From Eledone cirrhosa (lineage: Eukaryota), in the NCBI GenBank assembly GCA_964016885.1, contig OZ024748.1, positions 54,622,001 to 54,686,000 on the forward strand: a stretch of 64,000 bases of DNA, read 5' to 3'. The position numbers were made by a program, and so were the translations under genes. The first letter of the stretch is position 1, and each line of letters begins with the position of its first letter. The notes beneath the pieces are model-generated. The model was not told the origin of the DNA, did no database searches, and saw only the letters and a program-made list of their open reading frames with translations. Positions 28,750-41,902 of the stretch are shown here, one piece after another.

Positions 28750-29070
28750 GGTGGTAGAGTCTTCCAGCGGGTCCTGTCGGAAGCAACTGTCTCCAATTGA
28801 TCCGGCTGAATTCCCAAGCCAGACTAGCCGTGCTCACGGATGTTATCCAACCATCTTGCTCGGGGTCTACACATGGGCGTCATGCCAGTTGTCCAGCGAT
28901 TCTTTCCTGAAATATTCAAACCACGGAGTTGTGATCTCTCAATTCGAATAAGTAGCGGCTCTACATGGAGCGACTCTCTACTCTCCGATCTACGCCTTCC
29001 ATCGAGTAACGTTACTCTGAAGTCTTTTCGGACGAACCCCTATTTCAGCCGCTTGACTTCGCGATCATAT
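28750..29070 (-). mobile_element. Decayed RTE LINE 3' fragment with A-rich tail
   Basis: Translates VTLLDGRRRSESRESLHVEPLLIRIERSQLR...RPRARWLDNI...GLGIQPDQLETVASDRTRWK. A purine/A-rich tail follows at 28575-28745. Confidence 0.8.
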
Positions 29071-29557
29071 TAATTCGGACATTACCCAAGAATCATGACC
29101 CTAGGTAATGGTTGGCACGGATATCGAATTGAAGATAGCGCGTTTGGCTTTTACACTTCCTTTAAAATATATTTTGTTCTCAAATACCAAAAAGTGAGGA
29201 AATAGAGTTCCCTTAATAAACCCACACATTCACTGGTATTGTACCGTTCTAGCAGACGCGCATGTCCCCCCCCCCTCCATGTTTCATCGGAAACATATAG
29301 ACGAACATCGATAAAAATACAAGACTTATATCACTGAAACAATATATATATTGGAGAGAGAGAGAGAGAGTCCAACAACAGACACAATAGCGAGACGATC
29401 TTGATAAATTCTTGATAAATTTAGACCAAAATGGTGGAAAGAAGCTCAAGAATGGAGCACGTAGCATCAGCTCGGAGGTGACGAGACACGAGGACGATAT
29501 TTCGAATCGGGTATGAAGAAATATATTAGTTTAACGCTTGAAATAGTAGGAAAAGAA

Positions 29558-29593
29558 TCTTTACGTTTCGTACACTAGTCCTTCATCAGAAAA
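29558..29593 (-). ncRNA. Minimal hammerhead ribozyme, family A
   Basis: Minus strand TTTT-CTGATGA-A-GGAC-tagt-GTAC-GAAACGTA-AAGA, with one stem II mismatch. Confidence 0.6.
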
Positions 29594-29966
29594 TAGAATG
29601 AGAAATGTAAGAAGAAATAGAATGATAGAGAGTGAGAAGCGGAAGGAACGGGAAAAAAATTGTTTAAGAATTATAAGTCGTGTTTCGTTGAGTGGTGATT
29701 CGGTTAGCTCAGGTATATTGACTCATGTTGCTTTCGTGCAAATATACACACACATACACACACACTCTCACACACATACACACACACTCTCACACACATA
29801 CATAGAGCTTAACCTAATTTATACGTTGATGTGTTTTAGTATCTATCTATCTATCTATCTATCTATTTTGTTATTGCCTCCTCCTTATTGAGGACGCCTT
29901 TTTGTGTAAACTCCCCCCTTTGTACTTGTCCCACTTTTGATGCCCTAGTGGCAAATAAAAGAAACA

Positions 29967-30014
<48 letters not shown>

Positions 30015-30062
30015 GTTTGCATTTTATAATCACTATATTCTATATATTTTCTTATCCAAATA

Positions 30063-30123
<61 letters not shown>

Positions 30124-30468
30124 CAATACTTGCTTATATATATATACATATTCGTGTGTTTATATATATATATATATATGTATATATATAAACACACGAA
30201 CACATTATATATGCAAATCTATTTATATAGTTTCTCTATTTACATACATCCATGCATGTGTATAGTCCGGCTTTATGTATGTATGATTGTTTGTATGTAT
30301 GATTGTATGTATGTATGATTGTATGTATGTATGTGTGTTTGTGTGAGTTAACCCCTAGCTCTTGTTACTAAGTAAACGTGTCTTCCATGTCGTGGGAATC
30401 TCTCTCTCTTTCTTCCTCTCATTCTTCCGCACTTTCTCCCTCTCTATCTTTCTTTCTCTCTCTCTCTT

Positions 30469-30499
<31 letters not shown>

Positions 30500-30694
30500 A
30501 TCTCTCTCTCTGGTAGTAGATTGTTTAAAGGGATTCTGACTCACCCATAGAAATACCCCACCCACCCGTCCGTCCCTCACTACTAAGCCTAACCCTAGCC
30601 CTAGCACTAACCCCTAAACCTGCCACCCGATCTCATTATCCTTCCAATACACAAAACCACGTTCATATATAAAAATTGTTTTATTTTGTCTTCT

Positions 30695-30963
30695 TCCTCT
30701 CTCTCTCCCCCTCTCTCTCCCTCTCTCTCCCCCAATTTTCCATAATAAAGAAATTTAGAATCTGCCCCTCCTCGCCCCCTCCACTCTTATTTCTTTGCCT
30801 TTGTTTACTATCTCCACCCACTACTCATTCATTCTTTCTATCTCTTTCTCTATCCTTCTCGCTTTCTTTCACGCTTTCTTTCCCGCTTTCTTTCACGCTT
30901 TCTTTCCCTCTCTCTTTCCCTCTCTCTTTCCCTCTCTCTTCCCCTCTCTCTCCCCTCTCTCTT

Positions 30964-31001
<38 letters not shown>

Positions 31002-32031
31002 GTTCTCTCCCCCTTGTTCTCCCCTCTTTCTCCTCCCCCTCTTTCTCTCTCCCTCTTTCACTATTCTCTTCCCTGTATATCTGTCTTTCTCACCTTTCTC
31101 TCAATGTCTTTGCCTCTCTTTATCTCTCTTCTCCACTCTCCTCACCTCCCTCCCTCCACTCCACTCCGCACCTCCCTCCACTCCTCACCTCCCTCCACTC
31201 CTCACCTCCCTCCACTCCTCACCTCCCTCCACTCCTCACCCCCACTCCACTCCACTTCACTCCTTACCCCACTCCACTCCACTCCACTCCACTCCACTCC
31301 ACTCCACTCCACTCCACTCCACTCCTCACCTCCACTCTACTCCTCACCTCCACTCCACTCCTCACTCCCTCCACCACCACACTCCACTCCTCACTCCCTC
31401 CACCACCACACTCCACTCCACTCCTCACCTCCACTCTATTCCCCCCCCCCCCTACCACCTCACCCCTTTCCCCCACCACACATACCCCCCCCCCCACCTC
31501 TCTCCATTCCCACCTCTCTCTATTCCTCACCTCTCTCCATTCCTCACCTCTCTCCACTCCTCCCCTCCCTCCACTCCTCCCCTCCCTCCACTCCTCACCT
31601 CCCTCCTCACCTTCCTCCACTCCTCCCCTCCCTTCTCTCACCCCCCTTCCTCACCTCCTCACCCCCTCCCATATCCTCTCCCCCTCCCCTCTCCCCCTCC
31701 CCTCCTCTCCTCCTCTCCTCTTCTCCTCCTCTCCTCTTCTCATCCTCTCTCCTCTCTCCTCATCCCCTCCTCTCACCCTCTCCTCCTATCCCCTCCTCTC
31801 CTCTCTTTCCTCCTGAGTCCATTTTCGCTCTTCCTAATGTCTTTCATTCTTTTCTTTCTCCTGCTCTTCCTTCTTGTCTTTCTTTTCATCTTCCTCACTT
31901 TCTCTTCCCCTATATGACACTACTTTTCTTTAATCATCTCTCGCCCTCCCTTTCTCACTCACTCTCGCCCTCCCTTTCTCCCCCCCCCCTCACTCACCCC
32001 CTTTCTCACTCACTCTCGCCCTCCCTCTCTC

Positions 32032-32077
<46 letters not shown>

Positions 32078-32080
32078 TTT
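30695..32080. repeat. Polypyrimidine low-complexity region with (CTCCA)n core
   Basis: Very few G on the + strand. (CTCCA)n/CTCCTCAC units at about 31130-31440. Confidence 0.9.
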
Positions 32081-32413
32081 CATTATATATTCATCCTTCA
32101 TAATGTCTCTAATTGTCTTTTTCCTTGTCCTTCTCATCCTCTTTCTTCTCCCTAGACTGTTTTTCTTTAATCATCTCACCACCACCCGCACCATCTTATT
32201 TGCTCTCCTTTCCATTATGTATGTTGTGTTCACCCTTCATAATGTCGTTTATCCTCTTTTTCCTTCTCATCCTATTTCTCCTCACCTCTTCTCTTCCCCC
32301 ATCTTAAGCTACCTCTTTTTAATCACCACACCACATCCCTCCCCTATTTCTCTTTATCTCAATACAACATCTCACATCTCACCTAAGACATTCTAATGAG
32401 ACAGTTTCTCACG

Positions 32414-34347
32414 TTGGTCAATTGGCAGGGTGTCGGGCCAAATGTCTCTTGGCAGGGTGTCGGGCCAAATGTCTCGTGGCAGGGTGTCGGGCCAAATGTC
32501 TCGTAGCAGGGTGTCGGGCCAAATGTCTCGTAGCAGGGTGTCGGGCCAAATGTCTCTTGGCAGGGTGTCGGGCCAAATGTCTCGTGGCAGGGTGTCGGGC
32601 CAAATGTCTCGTAGCAGGGTGTCGGGCCAAATGTCTCTTGGCAGGGTGTCGGGCCAAATGTCTCTTGGCAGGGTGTCGGGCCAAATGTCTCGTGGCAGGG
32701 TGTCGGGCCAAATGTCTCTTGGCAGGGTGTCGGGCCAAATGTCTCTTGGCACGGTGTCGGGCCAAATGTCTCTTGGCAGGGTGTCGGGCCAAATGTCTCG
32801 TAGCACGGTGTCGGGCCAAATGTATCTTGGCAGGGTGTCGGGCCAAATGTCTCGTGGCAGGGTGTCGGGCCAAATGTCTCTTGGCAGGGTGTCGGGCCAA
32901 ATGTCTCGTAGCACGGTGTCGGGCCAAATGTCTCTTGGCAGGGTGTCGGGCCAAATGTCTCTTGGCAGGGTGTCGGGCCAAATGTCTCGTAGCACGGTGT
33001 CGGGCCAAATGTCTCGTAGCAGGGTGTCGGGCCAAATGTCTCTTGGCAGGGTGTCGGGCCAAATGTCTCTTGGCAGGGTGTCGGGCCAAATGTCTCGTAG
33101 CACGGTGTCGGGCCAAATGTCTCTTGGCAGGGTGTCGGGCCAAATGTCTCGTGGCAGGGTGTCGGGCCAAATGTCTCTTGGCAGGGTGTCGGGCCAAATG
33201 TCTCTTGGCAGGGTGTCGGGCCAAATGTCTCGTAGCACGGTGTCGGGCCAAATGTCTCTTGGCAGGGTGTCGGGCCAAATGTCTCGTAGCAGGGTGTCGG
33301 GCCAAATGTCTCTTAGCAGGGTGTCGGGCCAAATGTCTCTTGGCAGGGTGTCGGGCCAAATGTCTCTTGGCAGGGTGTCGGGCCAAATGTCTCTTGGCAG
33401 GGTGTCGGGCCAAATGTCTCTTGGCAGGGTGTCGGGCCAAATGTCTCTTGGCAGGGTGTCGGGCCAAATGTCTCGTGGCAGGGTGTCGGGCCAAATGTCT
33501 CGTGGCAGGGTGTCGGGCCAAATGTCTCTTGGCAGGGTGTCGGGCCAAATGTCTCTTGGCAGGGTGTCGGGCCAAATGTCTCGTGGCAGGGTGTCGGGCC
33601 AAATGTCTCTTGGCAGGGTGTCGGGCCAAATGTCTCTTGGCACGGTGTCGGGCCAAATGTCTCTTGGCAGGGTGTCGGGCCAAATGTCTCGTAGCAGGGT
33701 GTCGGGCCAAATGTCTCTTGGCAGGGTGTCGGGCCAAATGTCTCTTGGCAGGGTGTCGGGCCAAATGTCTCGTAGCACGGTGTCGGGCCAAATGTCTCTT
33801 GGCAGGGTGTCGGGCCAAATGTCTCGTAGCAGGGTGTCGGGCCAAATGTCTCTTAGCAGGGTGTCGGGCCAAATGTCTCTTGGCAGGGTGTCGGGCCAAA
33901 TGTCTCTTGGCAGGGTGTCGGGCCAAATGTCTCTTGGCAGGGTGTCGGGCCAAATGTCTCTTGGCAGGGTGTCGGGCCAAATGTCTCTTGGCAGGGTGTC
34001 GGGCCAAATGTCTCTTGGCAGGGTGTCGGGCCAAATGTCTCGTGGCAGGGTGTCGGGCCAAATGTCTCTTGGCAGGGTGTCGGGCCAAATGTCTCGTGGC
34101 AGGGTGTCGGGCCAAATGTCTCGTAGCAGGGTGTCGGGCCAAATGTCTCGTAGCAGGGTGTCGGGCCAAATGTCTCGTGGTTTCCTTTGGGTACTTCACA
34201 TTTCGATTTCAAATCCTGCTGAGGTCAACCCTGCCGTTCCTCCTGCCGGAGCCGATAAGATAATATACCATTCAAATGATGGGGCTGATTTAATCGACCT
34301 TTTCTTCCCTAAATTGCTGTTCTTGTGCCTAAATTAGAAACTAATAT
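32414..34347 (+). mobile_element. SINE family 1 copy split by the 27-bp array
   Basis: Begins TTGGTCAATTGGCAG (compare TTGGTGAATTGGCAG at 55281). After the array come the B-box-like GATTTCAAATCC, GAGGTCAAC...GATAAG, and the tail CTTGTGCCTAAATTAGAAAC. Confidence 0.7.
32422..34180. repeat. 27-bp GC-rich minisatellite (~65 units) expanded inside a SINE head
   Basis: Unit GGCAGGGTGTCGGGCCAAATGTCTCTT, with variants (TCGTAGCAC / TCGTGGCAG). Confidence 0.95.
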
Positions 34348-34634
34348 GAGGCTATCTTTACGTGGTTCCTGGATCAGCTAAAAATAGCAGCTAAATTCTC
34401 ATCAAATTACACCGCAACTTCGCAAAGCAGTGGGAAAGTCACACATTAGATAACAGTCACAAGAGGTGGTCACTTTTAGAATGTCTTTCATAACTAACTA
34501 CTAACAACTGGATGCTAAATAATTATCTTTCTTCACATCTCTCTCAGCTTTTTAGTCTCTCCTCCATTCTCTATCTTCTCTCTTCTCCCTTTTGTCTCTA
34601 TAGGTCTTTAACTACAGCCCCATCCTCTACCTGC

Positions 34635-35150
34635 AACCCTTCTGTTAACGTATTTCCCATGAAATACACTCTATTTCAATTAGGCAAAGAATTTTAAAGG
34701 CTTTACTAAAATTATCTATTATTTTATTATTAAGATAGTAAATTAATTTTATATAAGAAACATGTGTTTATGTTGGAGATTTTAATTTAACCCTTTTGTA
34801 ACGTGAAGTACACTCTAAATTAATTAAAGAAGAATTTTAAGGGATTGACTAAAAATATTATTCCATTACTAAGATAGTAACTTTAACATATGGTTCTTAT
34901 ATATAATTATGCTAGAAGATTAATTTAACTTTTTTTTCTCACTATATTTTTTAGTAAAATACACTCTATTTCAATTAGGTAATGAAGAATTTTGAAAGAT
35001 GTTCTAAAGTTACTAATTATCTCATTACTAAGATATTAATTTAACATCTGGTTCTTATATAAATCAATGTTGAAAGGTTTTAATTTATATGGATAGTTTT
35101 TGTTCCATAGAACCTGAACCGGTTTTGGTCAGGTTGGTATCAAAGGGTAA
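34635..35150. mobile_element. piggyBac-like MITE with triplicated internal unit
   Basis: Ends AACCCTT... and ...GGTATCAAAGGGTAA (decayed TTAA-CCC/GGG-TTAA). A ~150-bp unit TACACTCTA..AATTA...ATTA.TAAGATA..TTTAATTTA occurs three times. A related piece lies at 36605-36725. Confidence 0.55.
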
Positions 35151-35216
35151 TGGATCTACTACAATTATTCATTATTTCATTACTTCGGCATTAACATTTC
35201 TAAATTCTGCGAAGCC

Positions 35217-36605
35217 ATGAACAAAATGGAAAGGATATGGATGAGAGATTTACCCAGAAAAATCAAAATATCGTTTTTCAGAATATCTACTGTGTCAGTG
35301 TTGTTGTATGGATCAAGTACATGGACCCTGACACAATCACTTGAGCCAGTGTTGTTGTATGGATCAGGTACATGGACCCTGACACAAGCACTTGAGTCAG
35401 TGTTGTTGTATGGATCAGGTACATGGACTCTGACACAATCACTTGAGCCAGTGTTGTTGTGTGGATCAGGTACATGGACTCTGACACAATCACTTGAGCC
35501 AGTGTTGTTGTATGGATCAGGTACATGGACCCTGACACAAGCACTTGAGTCAGTGTTGTTGTATGGATCAGGTACATGGACTCTGACACAATCACTTGAG
35601 CCAGTGTTGTTGTGTGGATCAGGTACATGGACTCTGACACAATCACTTGAGCCAGTGTTGTTGTATGGATCAGGTACATGGACCCTGACACAAGCACTTG
35701 AGTCAGTGTTGTTGTGTGGATCAGGTACATGGACTCTGACACAAGCACTTGAGTCAGTGTTGTTGTATGGATCAGGTACATGGACTCTGACACAATCACT
35801 TGAGCCAGTGTTGTTGTATGGATCAGGTACATGGACTCTGACACAATCACTTGAGCCAGTGTTGTTGTATGGATCAGGTACATGGACTCTGACACAATCA
35901 CTTGAGCCAGTGTTGTTGTATGGATCAGGTACATGGACTCTGACACAATCACTTGAGCCAGTGTTGTTGTATGGATCAGGTACATGGACTCTGACACAAG
36001 CACTTGAGTCAGTGTTGTTGTATGGATCAGGTACATGGACCCTGACACAAGCACTTGATCAGTGTTGGTACATGGACCATGACACAAGCACCTGAGAAAA
36101 AACTAGATGGTGCATACACTAAAATGCTTAAGGTTGTACAAAACATAAACTAGCGCCAGCGTATTAGATATTAAAATTTATATAGAAACTTGCCCAAGAT
36201 AACAATTACAATTGCTGAAAGACGGTTACGATTTGCAGGACATTGCCGGAGAAATAAGCAGGAAGCTGGTTCCTACAATAGTAGTTAGTATCGTGAGAAC
36301 CAACTCACGAGAGCCGCAGTAGAGGAAGACTTGCTGTAACATTCATCAGTCAAATCTCAGGCGATATAAACCTTAGTAGGGAGCAGTTACTATTGTGAAT
36401 TGTGGAGAGGCTTTGTCAAGAATGTTCGACTGTGGTCGCAATGATGATTACTGGGAACCAACTCACGAGAGCCGCAGTAGAGGAAGACCTGCTTGAACAT
36501 TCATCAGTCAACTCTCAGACAATACAAACCTCAGTAAGGAGCAGTTGGCAAGAGTAGTGGAGGGACTTTGTCAGGAATATTCAACTGGGGTCGCAATGAT
36601 GCTCA
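35217..36605 (+). mobile_element. RTE-clade LINE 3' fragment with internal 51-bp expansion and duplicated 3' end
   Basis: MERIW...KISFFR..SVLLYGSSTWTLT...EKKLDGAYTKMLKVVQNIN*...IAERRLRFAGHCRR...WEPTHESRSRGRPA. The ~155-bp terminus is duplicated (36296 and 36454). Confidence 0.9.
35297..36065 (+). repeat. 51-bp (17-codon) in-frame tandem array, ~15 units
   Basis: Unit CAGTGTTGTTGTATGGATCAGGTACATGGACTCTGACACAATCACTTGAGC, encoding PVLLYGSGTWTLTQSLE. Confidence 0.95.
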
Positions 36606-37891
36606 TTATTAAGATAGTAACTTAACATAATGGTTCTTAGGTCAAATCATGTTGGGAGATTTTAATTTAAAGAGAAACCCTTTAAAATAGGTAGATTTGC
36701 ATTTATTAAACCAGAGCTGGTTTTCAAACTAACCACTTGGAGGATTATTCCCAACAGTTAACTCGGCCTAAGGAATGGCCAACGGCAAGCGGATGAAACT
36801 GTGGGCAAAGGAAAGATGTTGGTTGGAACTCTAGTGTTATCTGTGTGTGTGTGCGTGCGTGCATGACCGTGTGCGTGCGCGACCATGTGTGTGCGCGAGT
36901 GTGTGTGTGCGAGTGTGTGTGCGTGACTGTGTGTGTGTGACTGTGTGTGTGCGCGACCGTGTGTGTGTATGACTGTGTGTACGATTCTGTGCACGTGTGT
37001 AAGGGTTCTCATGTGATACCACGTCCCGCCGTTTCTCTGTTGCTATCACATAACTGTTACCTTTTCCCATTTCTCTCGACATGCAGCATGTTACTACGGC
37101 ACCCCCATCACTCAGCCAGGAGTTACCGGTCCATACAACTATCCGGGGCTTTAGGATTGTTTGTTTGTTTGATATAGGAATGCTGGGCGTATGCCCCCCA
37201 AAAAACATCTTCAACAACAACAATAATAATAATGATAATAATAATAATAATTTCTTTATTCACCAAAATGACAATGGAGAAAATTTTAGAAACGAAACAC
37301 AATCTGCTGTGATATTATTTCCGGATGGTTTCCCAAGCATTCAATCGGCTGTGTCTGTTTTACTGAGTTGCTAGACCGGAACAATGCATTGCTATCATCC
37401 TCGTCCTTCTCTTCCTCCTCTTCATTATTATTATTAACACCATCACCATTAATAATAACACCAACACCAACACCAACAATAATAACAGTAGTAGTAGTAG
37501 TACCATCAACAATGGTAAATATAGGTAGAAGCAACAAGTCAGACAAATGACAGTGACAGTTGTAACAAAACAGATTTCAAATTTGCTGAGATATAAACAA
37601 CGATAGGAGGGAGAAAAGCAACAAAAAACCCAAATCATAGACAAAAAAAAAAAAAAAAATACAAAAACAAAAAGAACCTTAAAATCAAAGAAACAAAACA
37701 AAACAGAAAGTCTACCTTTTTATTTTTCTATTCCTTTATTCCTTTATTTATTTTCGATAAGATAGACAGACACAAAATTGATAATACACTACAAACATCA
37801 CAATAAAAATAATACCGTGTCAGTCCAAAAATACAAAAATATAACAGAACACACACATCCGTATATAGTGTAGAAACACATACACACACAT

Positions 37892-37956
<65 letters not shown>

Positions 37957-38004
37957 CATATATGTGTGTATACACACACACATACACACACATACATTGT
38001 ATAA

Positions 38005-38039
<35 letters not shown>

Positions 38040-38474
38040 CATACACACTCAGCTTCTCCAGCAAGATAATAAATTCATGTTTATACCTATAATTATAGGT
38101 ATACACTGTTATGTTTGTAAATATCTAAGTAGAAATCTCGAGCAGCCAAGAAGGTGTTCAATGAGAGAAGGTGGCCAGATAATACACACTTTCCAAATAC
38201 ATTCTCTACACGGAGCAGTAAAATATACAGGACGTTTCAAACTTTATTATCCAAAGAGAGCATACTTATAAACATACATACATATATGCAACCATATATA
38301 TATATATGAGAGAGAGAGTTCTATACCGAACACACCCTTTGGAATGAGTGCTCAACCAACTTCGGATATAATCACCCGCTTTTTCACTACCACATATGTA
38401 TATATATATATATATATGAGAGAGGTCACGTGACCTCACTGCCAAGTCTACTACTAGGTTAGATTGACACGGTG

Positions 38475-38991
38475 CAGTCAAAGACCGAATGAATCGGATA
38501 CCTGTTGATAAAGGGATATCCCCGTTCCATCAAAAAAGGCATCACTGATTTGCATATATATTATGTAACTTGGAATGTATCTCCCCGAAAATCCCAGAAA
38601 CCTATCAAAGATTTTTCTCGATTCGTGTCCACTCATAACAATTTCTCACATCATTGAGTGTTTCGTGACTGGCTGGATATCTAACAATATAAAGAGGCAG
38701 AGTTGACACAAAAAGCAATGAAGTGTGACACCAAGAGTAAGGCGACCAAAAGCAAGTTACTACAATAATACAACATCGATATATACAAACAGATCGAACC
38801 ATAACCTTGACTATCACGAGTGGACATGAATCGATAAAAATCTTCGATAGGTTTCTGGGATTCCGGGGAGATTTATTCCAAGTTACATAATCTATATGCA
38901 AGTCAGTGATGTATCTTTTGATGGAACAGGGATATCTCTTTATCAACAGGTTTTACGTTCCAGGTATCCGATTCATTCAGTCTCTAGACTG
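38475..38991. mobile_element. Non-autonomous DNA element with ~160-bp terminal inverted repeats
   Basis: 38475-38635 is the imperfect reverse complement of 38818-38991. Termini CAGTC...GACTG are pogo/Tigger-like. Confidence 0.8.
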
Positions 38992-39098
38992 CTCTAGGGT
39001 TATTACATATTTGATATATATTTATCCTTATTGAGCCCTCTTTGGATTTAGTCTTCAAATTTATTGTTATTACTATATATATATATATATATGTTATA

Positions 39099-39143
<45 letters not shown>

Positions 39144-39299
39144 ATAGAATACTATTAGCTTCTCGCTAAAACAATCTCTATACCTCTCACTTATATATAT
39201 ATATATATATATTTATACTCGTTGAGCAAACCTGCACGTACGCTGTTCATCTCTAACGTAACGATATATTATCACTAAATTATTGATAACCTGAAATTT

Positions 39300-39336
<37 letters not shown>

Positions 39337-39540
39337 AGTAATAATAATAAATGTGAAGACTAAAATCCGAAGAGGGCTCGATAAGAAGATCCCGTTAAGG
39401 GTGAAAGCAGCGATTCTTTGCTTAAACTTTAATCTGTTATTTTAATATATGAATCCCGGGCTTAATCGGGTGTAACCACAGTAAGTAAGGTACTTAATGC
39501 ATTAGTAGAGTGTCAAAATCATATTAAATATAGAAATGGC

Positions 39541-39583
39541 TTCAAGACTTGAACCGTTTCATTCAAAAGAAATCATCAGGAAA
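39541..39583 (-). ncRNA. Atypical hammerhead-like motif, family B
   Basis: Minus strand TTTC-CTGATGA-TTTC-tttt-GAAT-GAAAC-GGTTCAA-GTC. Confidence 0.4.
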
Positions 39584-40859
39584 TTGAGAAAATGTAGCAT
39601 CATAAATCCTCTATATTACCAGTGATTACCAGGTAACTAAATAATATTCGGGCCAGATATCTGGAAAGCCAAAATAGTGTTGACTGGCACAGTCCATGTC
39701 CTGAGAAGGGTATTATCAATTTGAATACCTCGCATAGACACTTCCTGGCATCACTTGTATGACAATTGATTATATAATGTATCACCAAACTTTTGCCTCA
39801 GGTGTCACGTTGACACTCAGCATTATATGGGAAAGAAGCAGAATTCAAAGTTTAAACTCTACTTAATGTACATATTCTTTCTTTTGTAACTTCAAGAGAA
39901 GATCGCCCCCCCCCCCCCCTAAAAGATACGTAAATGAACTAAACAGTGTATTCTCATTTAAACATAATTTTTTTTTCTTTTCCTTTTTCTGTTTCATTCA
40001 TTGAATCGTTTATTCAATCATTTCTCCAGCTGAAAAAGAGATAATATCTGTTTATTTATTTATTTATTTAATTTATTTATCTATTTATTTATATCTGCCT
40101 TCACTTTAATGTCGCCAAGAGTACTAATGTTCTCGGCTACCAGTCTGCTCTGCTGTCTATACGGACGCCCTCCAGGTCCAAATGTTACGGCGCGATAGCC
40201 GACAGTACAACGCATCTATTCTTTTGCCGAAACTCAATGAAACAACCAACACAAACATGTTAGAAATATTGTTGTAAGGTGTTTGGCGCTGTTTGTTTGT
40301 TATGTTGGACGTTTGATTTCCGATTTGATATGTTATATTTTGATATTTGGTGAGTAATGTGGACTACGTTATCGTTACGTAAGTTCGGAGATTGCAGGGA
40401 AACAGAGAAGATGTATCAGCAAGCAATAGGATAGAAGAGAGGTCAACAGGGTCAGTATATATAAAAAAGAAACTAACGATGACAGCATCTGATAGATGTG
40501 TGTATATATATATATAAACACTCAAATGCAAACATTCATATATATTATATATAGATACATTCGTGAATATATAGATACGCACCTAAGTATAGATATGTAC
40601 ATGTATAAATGCATATACACACACTTACATACATGCATACACACATACACACACACACATTTCATATAAACTTCTACCCGATAGAACTATGTCATTCATT
40701 TGAAATCTTCAGGAATTCGAAGGAATGAAACAGTTTTAGTCTTGTAGGAGTCATTCCTTTACGAAACAAAATATCTACCTTCTCTACTAATTAATGCACT
40801 ATACTTTATTTAACTGTAGTTCCCTTCCGTTTTTCTTCGGAAACCCATTGTTAATTATA

Positions 40860-41200
40860 CATCTTCCCGTTCCGCGGTGGTTAACCCTTCATCTGGGATG
40901 CCACATGCAGCGATACATTCTCTAGCAGCAGCCTGGTGCAGTCTGCGACTAACCCAGGCTCTGCTGCACTTCGGGCCGAGGAGGGTAAACTCTCCAAATA
41001 TCGGTCGTTCTCCGACAGGTTTGCCGTCAAGCCCGTGGCAGTGGACACTGCTGATGCCCTTGGCCTTAGAGCCACATCCCTGCCCACCACCATCGGCACA
41101 GAGTTGGCTATCTACAGGTATGAGCAGCACGACAGGAATGGCTCTTCCAACGTGTCTTCCTCACCATCCTCTGGGGAAACGCCTTCTCTATTCTGTCCAC
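40860..41200 (+). mobile_element. CRE-like non-LTR retrotransposon 3' fragment (RLE domain)
   Basis: IFPFRGG*PFIWDATCSDTFSSSSLVQSATNPGSAALRAEEGKLSKYRSFSDRFAVKPVAVDT...EWLFQRVFLTILWGNAFSIL carries the WD.TC.DT / AE..K..KY RLE motifs, with a stop and a frameshift. Confidence 0.85.
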
Positions 41201-41902
41201 CGGGGCTGTGGTGTGACCAGCGCTTGGGCCCTCACTTGCTCACTATACAGAGAGATGGGGAGGGCGAGAGAGATGGAGGCGATGACAGTGGGCATTTGGT
41301 TCCTTTGTGTGCGGAACTGGTGTATATGTATATATTTATTTATCACACCACCTCAAAGATTATATATATATTTATGTATTTACTTTAACAGGGACACACA
41401 CATATATATGTATATAGTTGTATGGTCAAGAAGGCAGTTTTACAACAGCATGCGTCTACGCTCTATTTCACTGCTCGGAATATTGACCAAATGTCTTTTA
41501 CTATAAAATAAGGCTGACCTCTAAGTTTTATGTAGAATTTGGTATATGGTATATACATTGGTGTATATGTGCATATATACATGTGTCTGTTTACTTTTAT
41601 AGTTGTACAAAAAACAAACAGGTATAGGGTAAACACTCCAAATCAAACACATACTCACACATAGATATATATAACCACATACTCTCTCTCTCTCACACAT
41701 ATATAACCACATACTCACACATAGATATATATAACCACATACTCACATACACATAGATATATATATGACAACATACTCTCTCACACACATATATAACCAC
41801 ATACTCACACATAGATATATATAACCACATACTCACATACATATAGATATATATATAACAACATACTCACAAATACACACACATATATCTAAAAAGTCTA
41901 AA

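Noticed and set aside
30583-30620. Telomere-like CCCTAA repeats
   Set aside because: Only about 5 degenerate units, so not a telomeric array.
30676-32396. 413- and 533-aa Pro/Ser/Leu-rich ORFs
   Set aside because: Polypyrimidine tracts cannot encode stops. The same applies to 49198-50735.
32393-34337. Four long ORFs (461-635 aa) on both strands
   Set aside because: They are translations of a 27-bp unit that lacks stops in several frames. They have no unique domain and lie inside a SINE.
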